Origin: Bellilinea caldifistulae
GTDB lineage: Bacteria; Chloroflexota; Anaerolineae; Anaerolineales; Anaerolineaceae
Direction of reading: 5' to 3'
Length of the DNA: 32,000 nucleotides
NCBI RefSeq assembly: GCF_001306055.1
Contig: NZ_LGHJ01000006.1
Location: forward strand, 30,001 to 62,000
A program made the position numbers and the translations under genes. Numbering within the stretch: the stretch's first letter is position 1; every line of letters starts with the position of its first letter. Below the pieces are notes generated by a model that saw only the letters and a list, made by a program, of their open reading frames with translations, was not told the DNA's origin and ran no database searches. Of this stretch, positions 1-8,300 are shown piece after piece.

Positions 1-535
1 TGCTGACCACCATCTTCTCGGCAATTTCCTGATTGCTGAGGCCCTGAGCAATGTAGGCGAGCACTTCTTTTTCCCGTTCGGTGAGCGGGTCTGGCTCAGC
101 CGGTAGGCGCGGTTGGGTCATCTCGCTGAGCAATTTGCGCGCCACAGCCGGGTGCAGGGAAGATTCGCCGCGATGAACCTGCCGGATGGCGCGCAGCAGG
201 TCATCCGGATCGGAATCTTTGAGCAGGTAACCGGCTGCGCCGGCTTGCAATGCGGCAAATACCTTATCATCCGTGGAAAAGCTGGTCAGCACCAGCAGAC
301 GGGCGTTCCCGTCCATTTCCAATATCCGGCGGATGGCCTCGATGCCGTCCATCTGCGGCATGACCAGATCCATCAGCACCACATCCGGGCGCAAAGCGGC
401 GTACTGGCGCACGGCCTGCTCGCCATCGGAGCATTCGCCCACCACCTGCATCCCTTTTTCGCTTTCCAGCATGGCGCGAATGCCTTTGCGCACCACCGGA
501 TGATCATCCACCAGCAGTACCCGAATCGTCTCCAT
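1..535 (-). CDS. Two-component response regulator, NarL/LuxR family (REC + LuxR-type HTH); C-terminus cut by the window edge
   Basis: Absent from the ORF track because it has no stop in the window. Reverse-strand translation from ATG (535-533) reads METIRVLLVDDHPVVRKGIRAMLES...PDVVLMDLVMPQMDGIEAIRRI...LTEREKEVLAYIAQGLSNQEIAEKMVVS. GGAGG lies 6 nt upstream. The start overlaps the kinase 3' end by 32 nt. Confidence 0.9.
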   Translation of the reverse strand, partial: METIRVLLVDDHPVVRKGIRAMLESEKGMQVVGECSDGEQAVRQYAALRPDVVLMDLVMPQMDGIEAIRRILEMDGNARLLVLTSFSTDDKVFAALQAGAAGYLLKDSDPDDLLRAIRQVHRGESSLHPAVARKLLSEMTQPRLPAEPDPLTEREKEVLAYIAQGLSNQEIAEKMVVS

Positions 536-2177
536 AAGGAACCTCCACCAAAATGACCGTTCCTGCGCCGGGGGCGCTTTCAATGCTCAAACGGGCGTTG
601 ATTTGAGCGGCGCGTTCTTGCATGATTTTCAACCCCATGCCGCTGCTCTGACCACTGCCGGGCACAAACCCGGCTCCGTTATCCGCAATTCGCAGGCGGA
701 TCAGGCCGGGCTGCTCTTCCAGTCGCACGCTGACCTGTCCGGCGCGGGCGTGTTTTAGGCTGTTGTTGAGGGCTTCCTGAGCGATGCGGTACAGGTTTTC
801 TTCCAGGCGGCGCGGCAGAGGGGTGTTCAAATTGCTCTGCCATTCGACCTGTGTGCCGGCGCGTTCCTCCACCGATTTCAAGCGGTGAAACAACGCACCG
901 CTCAAACCAGCCTGTTCCAGCATCGGGGGGCGCAGTTCAAAGATCAGCAGGCGCAGCTCGGTCAGCGCGCTGCGCAGGGTTATGCCGATTTCATCCAGAT
1001 GAGACTGGACCGCCTCCAGATTGCCGCTTTTGATCTGCCTTTCGGCGGCGCGGGTGTACAGCGAGGCGGCATAGAGCGCCTGACTGATCGAATCGTGCAG
1101 GTCGCGCGCCAGCCGGGCGCGTTCTTCGGCGACGGCGGTTTGCTGAATGCGCCGGTACAGGCGGGCATGCTGGATGGCAATGGCAGCCTGGGCCGCAAAC
1201 GAGCGGGCAATCTGCAAGTCGGCTGCGCTCAGGTAACGGCGTTTGTGGTACAGTTCCAGCACGCCGATGGCCTGTCCATCCTCACCCGCCAGCGGCAAAG
1301 CCAGCAGGGCCAGATCGTCAGCGATGAGCGGGGGGTTGGGTGGCAGGTTGACCAGCAGCGGATCGCGGCGGGTGAGCATTTGAACCGGTTGCCAGTCGTC
1401 TTCACCCAGCAGGGGCGGGTTGCCGCTCTGGTGAACCACCGTCAGCCCGGCGGGCGGTTCATGCAGGCGCAGCACACACCCCGAAGCCGAAGTCAACTGC
1501 ATGGCGCCATGGGTGACCAGCGCCAGCACTTCTTTCAATTCGATTTGCTGTAAAATGGCCGCCCCAATTTCCTGCAGGCGGATGGCCTGAAAGACTTGCT
1601 GGGAGGCCAGTTCGTACAGGCGGGCATTATCCAACGCCAGCGCCAGCGAACGCCCCAGCGCTCGAATCAGGCGCAGGCGTTGTTCCGGCAGGTGGATACT
1701 GCTCTGTTCCCAGCCAAGCAGCAGGAATCCCAGCGGCTGAGAGCGATTATGGAGGGTTAGCCCCAGATAGGACCGGCCTTCCAGGTGGTCAAGGATGGAA
1801 GCGCGCAGAGAATGGCGGGCGGTTTCCTCGTTGACCCAGAGTGGATCGAAGCGGCGGTGAAGAGCCTCTGCCAGCAGGTCAGTTGTGGTATCCGGCGAGG
1901 TGGACCAGAAAGCGGCCTTTTCTGGGCGCGAGAAGCGCCCGAGTGCGTACAGCGGGTCGTAGAGGGTGGAATCGCCCTGACGGGCGTAGACCAGCACCTG
2001 CTCAGCAGAGGAAAGCTCCAGCAGCAGCCGGCAGGTTTCTTCCACCGCGGGACGCAGGTCAAGGCCTTTCAGGTCGGGTAATTCGCCGGGCGAGGCAGTC
2101 TTCATCCATGCAATTGTAACCTGAGTTGCCGGGCGGGGTTGGATTTTAGCGGACGGCTTTCTCAACAACCCGGGCAA
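504..2177 (-). CDS. Cytoplasmic sensor histidine kinase with tandem GAF-like domains, HisKA_3 and HATPase_c
   Basis: 557-aa ORF. Motifs seen: H-box RLARDLHDSISQALYAA, N-box QEALNNSLKHA, G1 DNGAGF, G2 GMGLKIMQERA. No hydrophobic TM segment. An alternative start is ATG at 2105 (MKTASPGE). Confidence 0.9.
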   Translation of the reverse strand: MPGLLRKPSAKIQPRPATQVTIAWMKTASPGELPDLKGLDLRPAVEETCRLLLELSSAEQVLVYARQGDSTLYDPLYALGRFSRPEKAAFWSTSPDTTTDLLAEALHRRFDPLWVNEETARHSLRASILDHLEGRSYLGLTLHNRSQPLGFLLLGWEQSSIHLPEQRLRLIRALGRSLALALDNARLYELASQQVFQAIRLQEIGAAILQQIELKEVLALVTHGAMQLTSASGCVLRLHEPPAGLTVVHQSGNPPLLGEDDWQPVQMLTRRDPLLVNLPPNPPLIADDLALLALPLAGEDGQAIGVLELYHKRRYLSAADLQIARSFAAQAAIAIQHARLYRRIQQTAVAEERARLARDLHDSISQALYAASLYTRAAERQIKSGNLEAVQSHLDEIGITLRSALTELRLLIFELRPPMLEQAGLSGALFHRLKSVEERAGTQVEWQSNLNTPLPRRLEENLYRIAQEALNNSLKHARAGQVSVRLEEQPGLIRLRIADNGAGFVPGSGQSSGMGLKIMQERAAQINARLSIESAPGAGTVILVEVPYGDDSGTAGG

Positions 2178-2394
2178 AGCCGCCCGCCGGTGTCAGGTGT
2201 CTCAGGAAGGCAGGAAAGGCGTATCTTTATGGCGGAGGGAGCTGATCAAATTGCCAGCCTGTTTCCGGTAGCCAACGCACCGGCGGGTTGTCTTTTTGAT
2301 AGGAATTTACAACCTCAACGCTTGAGGGGTGATTCAATCTCCAAATCCAACGTCGAAAGACATGGAAATTTTGGTTTTCGAAGAATGTGCATAG

Positions 2395-2428
2395 AATTAA
2401 CTGTACTTTTGGTTGCTTACAGTTAATT
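2395..2428. promoter_or_regulatory. Perfect 11-bp inverted repeat AATTAACTGTA-N12-TACAGTTAATT in an AT-rich island between rpoD and the kinase operon
   Basis: Arms at 2395-2405 and 2418-2428 are exact reverse complements. The repeat lies about 220-290 bp upstream of the kinase start and about 70 bp downstream of the rpoD stop. Confidence 0.35.
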
Positions 2429-2496
2429 TTATACAAAATTTCTAAAAATAGCGCATTCTACCCGAAATCTCTTTCGGGAAAAACGGCTGATTAATT

Positions 2497-3684
2497 TCAA
2501 AGCAAATACTCTTTCAACTGCCTCGACCGGCGCGGGTGGCGCAGGCGGCGCAGGGCTTTGCCCTCGATCTGGCGAATGCGCTCACGGGTCAGCCCAAACT
2601 TTTGTCCCACTTCTTCCAGCGTGTACTGGTGGCCGTTTTCCAACCCGTAGCGCAGGCGCAGGATGCGCGCTTCACGCGGTGGCAGGGTTTCCAGCACGGC
2701 CTCGATCTTCTCGCGCAGCATGTTGGTATAGGCCGTCTGAATCGGGGAGGGGGTCACCTGATCCTCGACGAACATGCCCAATTCCGATTCTTCATCATCA
2801 TCGTTGATCGGGCTTTCGAGGGAGACCGGTAACCACGAAACCCGCATCATCCACTCCACTTTATCGGTGGAAACCCCCAGTTCTTCGGCCAGTTCTTCGT
2901 TGTTCGGGGCGCGCCCCAGTTTTTGTTCCATTTCGTGCGTGCGGCGATATAACTGGCGGATGCGGTCCACCATGTGAACCGGCACGCGGATGGTGCGCCC
3001 CTGATCGGCGATCGAACGACTGATGGTCTGGCGAATCCACCATGTGGCGTAAGTGGAAAAACGAAAGCCGCGCTTGTACTCAAATTTTTCGACGGCTTTC
3101 ATCAAGCCGAGGTTGCCCTCTTGAATCAGATCCAGGAACGGAACGCCGCGCCCCATGTAGCGTTTGGCGATGCTGACTACCAGACGGGTGTTGGCTTTAA
3201 TGAGGTGTTCGCGTGCCTGCAGTCCGTCGTTAATCAGCGCTTCCAGCTGGCGGCGGCGGGTGGTGTTACCGCGGGCGGGCAGTTTTTCCAGTTCGCGCTT
3301 TGCCTGGCGTCCCCGCTCGATCCGTTTGGCCAGTTCGACTTCCTCGTCCCCGCTCAAAAGCGGCACGCGCGACATTTCCTTCAGGTAGAGCCCAATGGTA
3401 TCGTCGCTGGAAAAGGATTCGCCGGAAAGATAGTTGCTGTAGTCGCTTTCCCCCTCCAGGGGGGTATCATCATCGGTTTGCGAAAGTTCGGCATCGGGCT
3501 CGTAAAACTCGACCCCCCGGCGGCGCAGTGCGCTGACGATGGTGTAGTAGCGTTCCACGTCCTGACCCACATCTGGATAGACTTCGATTAAATCCTCGGT
3601 GGTCAGGTAGCCCTGGATGTCGGCTTTTTCCAGCAACAAACGAATTTTTTCAGTACTCTTTTTACGTCGGCTCGGATTACTCAC
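2497..3684 (-). CDS. rpoD: Primary RNA polymerase sigma factor (sigma-70 / SigA)
   Basis: 395 aa. GTG start preceded by AGGAGG (complement of 3690-3695). Region 2 is LIQEGNLGLMKAVEKFEYKRGFRFSTYATWWIRQ. Region 4.2 is YTLEEVGQKFGLTRERIRQIEGKALRRLRHP. Confidence 0.95.
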   Translation of the reverse strand: MSNPSRRKKSTEKIRLLLEKADIQGYLTTEDLIEVYPDVGQDVERYYTIVSALRRRGVEFYEPDAELSQTDDDTPLEGESDYSNYLSGESFSSDDTIGLYLKEMSRVPLLSGDEEVELAKRIERGRQAKRELEKLPARGNTTRRRQLEALINDGLQAREHLIKANTRLVVSIAKRYMGRGVPFLDLIQEGNLGLMKAVEKFEYKRGFRFSTYATWWIRQTISRSIADQGRTIRVPVHMVDRIRQLYRRTHEMEQKLGRAPNNEELAEELGVSTDKVEWMMRVSWLPVSLESPINDDDEESELGMFVEDQVTPSPIQTAYTNMLREKIEAVLETLPPREARILRLRYGLENGHQYTLEEVGQKFGLTRERIRQIEGKALRRLRHPRRSRQLKEYLL

Positions 3685-3698
3685 GATGTCCTCCTGAC

Positions 3699-3736
3699 TT
3701 CATAACCCCGCTGATGAAGGTGTCCACGTTGGACAC
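3699..3736 (-). promoter_or_regulatory. Two adjacent hairpins in the rpoD 5' leader, directly upstream of its Shine-Dalgarno
   Basis: CTTCAT(3699-3704)-N10-ATGAAG forms a 6-bp stem. GTGTCCA(3720-3726)-CGT-TGGACAC(3730-3736) forms a 7-bp stem. Both sit just upstream of the AGGAGG of rpoD. Confidence 0.3.
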
Positions 3737-3788
3737 AGTTTTCCCCCTGCGTCGTGAGGAAGTTCACGCGCAGCCTGCCTGCTGTCCG

Positions 3789-3827
3789 CGGACGGGCTGC
3801 CGCCAGCAGCCGTCCGGGCAGTTTTTT
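3789..3827 (+). terminator. Terminator-like GC-rich hairpin followed by T6 on the + strand; there is no + strand gene upstream
   Basis: CGGACGGGCTGC (3789-3800) pairs with GCAGCCGTCCG (3806-3816), giving 11 bp with one bulged G and a 5-nt loop. GGCAG then TTTTTT (3822-3827) follows. On the minus strand the A-run precedes the stem, so this is not a canonical terminator for yceD. Confidence 0.3.
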
Positions 3828-3906
3828 CCCAATCTGGTAAACAAAGTTGAGTACGAAAGGTAAACCTCACAAAGTGTTGCAAATCCATCCCTTGCCTGAA
3901 CGCCGG

Positions 3907-4386
3907 TTATTCGAGCAAGACCTGTACATGATGTTCGCAAATCGTTTCGTTCAGGTTGACGCCGCATACCGGGCAAAGTCCTTTGCAGTCGGGGCGGCAA
4001 ATCGGTTTGATGGGCAGTTCCAGCAGAAGATAGTCACGGGTGAGCGGTGCAAGGTTGATGTACCCATCATCAGGAACGACCAGTTCGGTTTCCACATTGC
4101 GGCGGAAACGGAACGTGAATAACTCGGTATAATGGGTGTGGAGCGGTTGAGCAAACTCTTCAAGACAGCGCACGCATTCCTGAATCAGAAAACCGGTAAA
4201 ATCCGCTTCCACCAGCAGCCCTTGCGGGGTACGGCTGATGTGGGCAGTGCCGTTGAACTGGGTGACCTCAAAATCGGCAGATAAAGAAACGATCGGGAAG
4301 TCGAATGTAAAATCTCGGTTTGTCCCGATTGGCTGATTGAATAAAAAGCCAATATTAATCCGCAGAGGATAACGTGGATGGGTCAC
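3907..4386 (-). CDS. DUF177 / YceD-family protein
   Basis: 159 aa with a GTG start. The C-terminal Cys cluster CRPDCKGLCPVCGVNLNETICEH is typical of the DUF177/YceD family. Confidence 0.85.
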   Translation of the reverse strand: MTHPRYPLRINIGFLFNQPIGTNRDFTFDFPIVSLSADFEVTQFNGTAHISRTPQGLLVEADFTGFLIQECVRCLEEFAQPLHTHYTELFTFRFRRNVETELVVPDDGYINLAPLTRDYLLLELPIKPICRPDCKGLCPVCGVNLNETICEHHVQVLLE

Positions 4387-4422
4387 AGGTCAATAATCGC
4401 AGGTATAATACCGGGTTGCTTC

Positions 4423-4431
4423 ATTATAACA
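4423..4431 (-). promoter_or_regulatory. Extended -10 promoter element TGTTATAAT for yceD
   Basis: The reverse complement of 4423-4431 (ATTATAACA) is TGTTATAAT. It lies about 37 nt upstream of the GTG start at 4386. Confidence 0.45.
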
Positions 4432-4490
4432 TATCCTACCGGACTAGTCAAGTTATTAAGATTAATTTAATAAAAATCCAAGTAATTACC

Positions 4491-5102
4491 ATGAAACTAT
4501 TGATTGCAACCAACAACCCCGGCAAGATGCGCGAAATTCAGGCGATATTGAGCGGCCTGCCGCTGGAACTGGTCACTCCGGCGGCGGTGGGACTGGTGCT
4601 CGAAGTGGAAGAAAGCGGCGCGTCCTATGCCGAAAATGCGGCCCTCAAGGCGCGCGCCTTTGCCGCAGCCAGCGGCCTGGTCAGTCTGGCGGATGATTCC
4701 GGGCTGGAGGTAGAGGCGCTGAACAACGAGCCGGGCATCCGCTCGGCACGCTTTGCCCCGCAACCCGCTGCAACCGATGCCGACCGGCGCGCCTATCTGC
4801 TGGAGCGCTTGCGTGGCATTCCTCACCCTCCCGGCGATCCCGGCTGGCGGGCGCATTTCCACTGCACGGTGGCGATTGCCACTCCCGCCGGGCAGGTTAA
4901 CTTTGCCGAGGGGCGCTGTGATGGCTTCATCATTGGCGAAGAACGCGGCACGAATGGCTTTGGGTATGACCCATTGTTTTTCATGCCGGAGTGGAATGCT
5001 ACCATGGCCGAATTGAGCGAAGAAACCAAGAATCAAATCAGTCACCGGGCGCGCGCCTTGCGCAACGCTCTGCCCATCCTCCAAAAACTGCTGAGGGAGT
5101 GA
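4491..5102 (+). CDS. rdgB: Non-canonical purine NTP pyrophosphatase (RdgB/HAM1 family, dITP/XTP)
   Basis: Translation from ATG 4491 reads MKLLIATNNPGKMREIQ...LADDSGLEV...GFGYDPLFF...SHRARAL. The ORF-track start at 4374 adds an implausible AT-rich N-terminal extension. Confidence 0.92.
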   Translation: MKLLIATNNPGKMREIQAILSGLPLELVTPAAVGLVLEVEESGASYAENAALKARAFAAASGLVSLADDSGLEVEALNNEPGIRSARFAPQPAATDADRRAYLLERLRGIPHPPGDPGWRAHFHCTVAIATPAGQVNFAEGRCDGFIIGEERGTNGFGYDPLFFMPEWNATMAELSEETKNQISHRARALRNALPILQKLLRE

Positions 5103-5110
5103 AATCAACC

Positions 5111-5235
5111 GGCGGTTCGCAATGACATGTCCTTCTTAAGATCACTCCGAACGTAGTGACACTCACCAGTGCAGGAGGTCTCCCGCCATGCTGCCGCCAC
5201 GGCTCTGCGGGAGATTGCCACGCCGCCTGACGGCA
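5111..5235 (+). repeat. Structured intergenic repeat, copy A (complete unit)
   Basis: Aligns almost end to end with 17577-17705. Example: CGCAATGAcATGtCCTTcTTAAgaTCACTCCGAACGTAgTGACACT...CAGTGCAGG...GTCTCCC...GGCTCTGcGGGAGATTGCCACGC. The ends GGCGG-TTC-GCAAT and ATTGC-CAC-GCCGCC are complementary. Confidence 0.8.
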
Positions 5236-5328
5236 AGATAAACGTTATCCCCAAACCCCCGTTACATTAACGAATCCAACACCCCGCCAAGTTTTAAGTA
5301 AACCTCAGCCGTGCAGCCCAAACGGACA

Positions 5329-5337
5329 TGCTATAAT
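5329..5337 (+). promoter_or_regulatory. Extended -10 promoter element TGCTATAAT upstream of dnaE
   Basis: TGCTATAAT at 5329-5337. GAAGGAG Shine-Dalgarno lies before the ATG at 5379. There is no good -35, consistent with an extended -10 promoter. Confidence 0.5.
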
Positions 5338-5378
5338 TTTCTCGCACCAGACCCACCCCTGTTCACGAAGGAGCGTGC

Positions 5379-8300
5379 ATGTCTTTCGTCCATCTTCATG
5401 TTCATACGCAGTACTCGCTGCTGGACGGCTTCTCGCATATCAAGAAGCTGGTTGAGCGCGTCAAGCAGATGAACATGCCGGCTGTGGCGATCACGGATCA
5501 CGGCACGATGTACGGGGTGATTGAGTTCTTCAACGCCGCCAAAGCCGCCGGTGTCAAACCGATCATCGGCATGGAAGCCTACCTCGCCCCGCGCGGGATG
5601 CGCGACCGCGACCCCAAACTGGATAAATCCCCCACTCACCTGTTGCTGCTGGCCGAAAACGAAACCGGTTACCGCAATCTGCTCAAAATTGCCAGCGCAG
5701 CCCAGCTGGAGGGCTTTTACTACGCTCCGCGAATTGACCACGAGTTTTTAGCCGCCCATGCCGAGGGGCTGATTGCCACCTCCGGCTGCATGGCAGCCGA
5801 GATACCCCAGTTGATTCTGGAAAAAGGCATTGAAGCCGCCCGCAAACAGGTGGACTGGTATTACGAGGTCTTTGGCAAGGATCGTTTCTTTTTTGAGTTA
5901 CAGCGCCATCAAATCCCCGAGCTGGAAGACATCAACCGCGCCCTGAAAGAGCTTGCCCCGCGCTACCCGGCGCGATTTGTGGCTACCAACGATGTCCATT
6001 ACATTGAACCGGAGGACGCCCGCTATCAGGACATTCTGCTGGCCATCCAGACCGGTTCGCTGATCACCGATAAAAACCGCTTCCGCATGACCGATGACAC
6101 CTACTACCTGCGTACACCTCAGGAAATGGCAGAAATTTTCAAGGAAGTGCCGGAAGCCCTGCACAACACCCTGCTGATTGCCGAACGGGTGAATGTGGAT
6201 CTTTCCAGCAAGGGCTATCACCTGCCGGTGTTCGAGGTGCCGCCCGGCTGTACAGCAGAAACTTACCTGCGCAGCCTGTGCGAAGAAGGTCTGCAGCGTC
6301 GTTATCATCACTCTCCGCTCTATGACAAGGCCCGCGAGCGGCTCGAATATGAACTGAGGGTCATTCATGAGATGGGCTTTGACGCCTACTTCCTGATTGT
6401 GTGGGATTTGTGCCGCCATGCCCGCGAAAAGGGTATCTGGTACAATGCGCGCGGGTCGGCAGCCGGTTCGATCGTCGCTTATACTCTGGAAATCACCAAT
6501 GTCGAACCACTGGCGCACGGTTTGATTTTTGAGCGATTTCTCAACCCCGGGCGCATTTCTATGCCGGATATTGACCTCGACTTTCAGGACGATCAACGCC
6601 CGCAGATGCTGGAATACTGCGCCCGCAAGTACGGGGATGACCGCGTGGCGCAAATCATCACCTTTGGCACGCTGGGGGCGCGGGCTGCGGTGCGCGATGT
6701 CGGACGGGTAATGGATATTCCCCTCACGGAAGTCGACCGGGTCAGCAAGTTGATTCCCAATGTGCCCGGAAAGCCGGTCACCATCCGCGAGGCATTGGAA
6801 CAGGTTCCCGAGCTGAAAGCCCTCTACGACAGCACGCCCTACCTGAAAGAACTGATTGACACCGCTGCCCACATGGAGGGCTCTATTCGCAACGCCGGCA
6901 CCCACGCCGCCGGTGTGATCATCACCGACAAGCCGATCATCGAGTACATCCCGCTGCACCGCCCAACCAGCGGCTCGGAAGAGTCACCCATCAAGACCGT
7001 CACCCAGTTTGAAATGTCCGTTGTCGAGTCGCTGGGGCTGCTCAAGGTGGACTTTTTGGGGCTGGCGACCCTGACGATCATGCAGCGTGCCTGTGACCTG
7101 ATCGAAAAGCGCCACGGGGTCAAGTACACCCTGGAAAACATTCCGATGGACGACCCCTACACCTTCGAGTTTCTCAGCCAGGGACACACCGCGGGTGTCT
7201 TTCAACTGGAAGGCACGGGCATGACCCGTTACCTGACCCAGATGAAGCCACGCAATGTGGATAATGTGATCGCCATGGTGGCGCTTTACCGTCCTGGCCC
7301 GCTGGAATTCATCCCGCGCTACATTGCCCGCATGCATGGGGAGGAAGAAGTCACCTACCGCCATCCAGCCATGAAGCCGATCTTCGAGGATACCTACGGC
7401 ATCCCCATTTATCAGGAACAGATCATGCGGGCTGCGGTGGAACTGGCGGGTTACACCCTGTCCGAATCGGATGACCTGCGCAAGGCGATTGCCAAAAAAC
7501 AGAAAGATAAACTGGAAAAGCACCGCGAAAAGTTTATCAAAGGCGCAACCCAGCGCGGCATCCCGCAGGAAACCGCCGCCCAGATTTTCGAGGATTGGGA
7601 AGAGTTTGCGCGTTATGGGTTCAATAAAAGCCATGCCGCCGATTACGGCATCATCGCCGTTCAAACCGCCTTCCTGAAGGCTCACTACCCGGTCGAGTAC
7701 ATGACCGCCCTGCTTTCGGCTTCCAAGAACGATACCGCCAAAGTGGCCTTTTATGTGGCGGACTGCCGCAACATGGGCATTGATGTCCTGCCACCGGACA
7801 TCAACGCTTCCGGTTACGATTTCACTATTGAAGATCGGCCCGGGCAGAAACCGGCCATCCGCTTTGGGTTGGGGGCGGTCAAGAATGTTGGGCAGGCACC
7901 CGTGGATTTGATTCTGGAGGCCCGCCGCGAGGGACCCTTCCGAGACCTGAATGATTTTGCCCGCCGCGCCGATTTACAAAAAGTGGGCAAGCGCGCCCTC
8001 GAATGTCTGGTGCGGGTGGGCGCGCTGGATGTCTTTGGCCCGCGCATGGCGTTGCTGGAAGCGCTTGACCAGATCATCTCGGTCAGCGCCAGCCACTTCC
8101 GTGCCCTGCACATGGGGCAGATGTCCTTCTTTGGCAGCATTGCCGGTGTGGAAGAAGAGATCATCCTGCCGCAGAGCAGCGCCCTCGACCGCCGCGAACA
8201 GCTGGAGTGGGAGCGTGAACTGATCGGCCTGTATGTTTCGGACCACCCGCTCACGCCCTATTTACCCACCCTGCAGCGTAAGGTCATCTGCTTCAGCGCG

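Noticed and set aside
113-556. 147-aa ORF on the + strand at the left edge
   Set aside because: The opposite strand encodes a clear REC + LuxR-HTH response regulator with a Shine-Dalgarno and an ATG at 535. The + strand product is His/Gln/Ala-rich low-complexity sequence.
2461-2478. The CCCGAAA-TCTC-TTTCGGG hairpin as the intrinsic terminator of rpoD
   Set aside because: On the transcribed (minus) strand the T-run precedes the stem rather than following it. It is kept only as a structural observation, not called as a terminator.
3700-3888. 62-aa ORF downstream of yceD, considered as ribosomal protein L32 (rpmF) because yceD-rpmF is a common pair
   Set aside because: The translation (MDLQHFVRFTFRTQL...) bears no resemblance to L32 (a basic MAVPKRK-type N-terminus with a Cys knuckle). 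The interval is better explained as the structured rpoD leader.
5898-6959. 353-aa ORF on the - strand. The same reasoning covers 6984-7685, 7814-8254 and 8262-8834.
   Set aside because: All are antisense to dnaE. They are shadow ORFs with no motifs.
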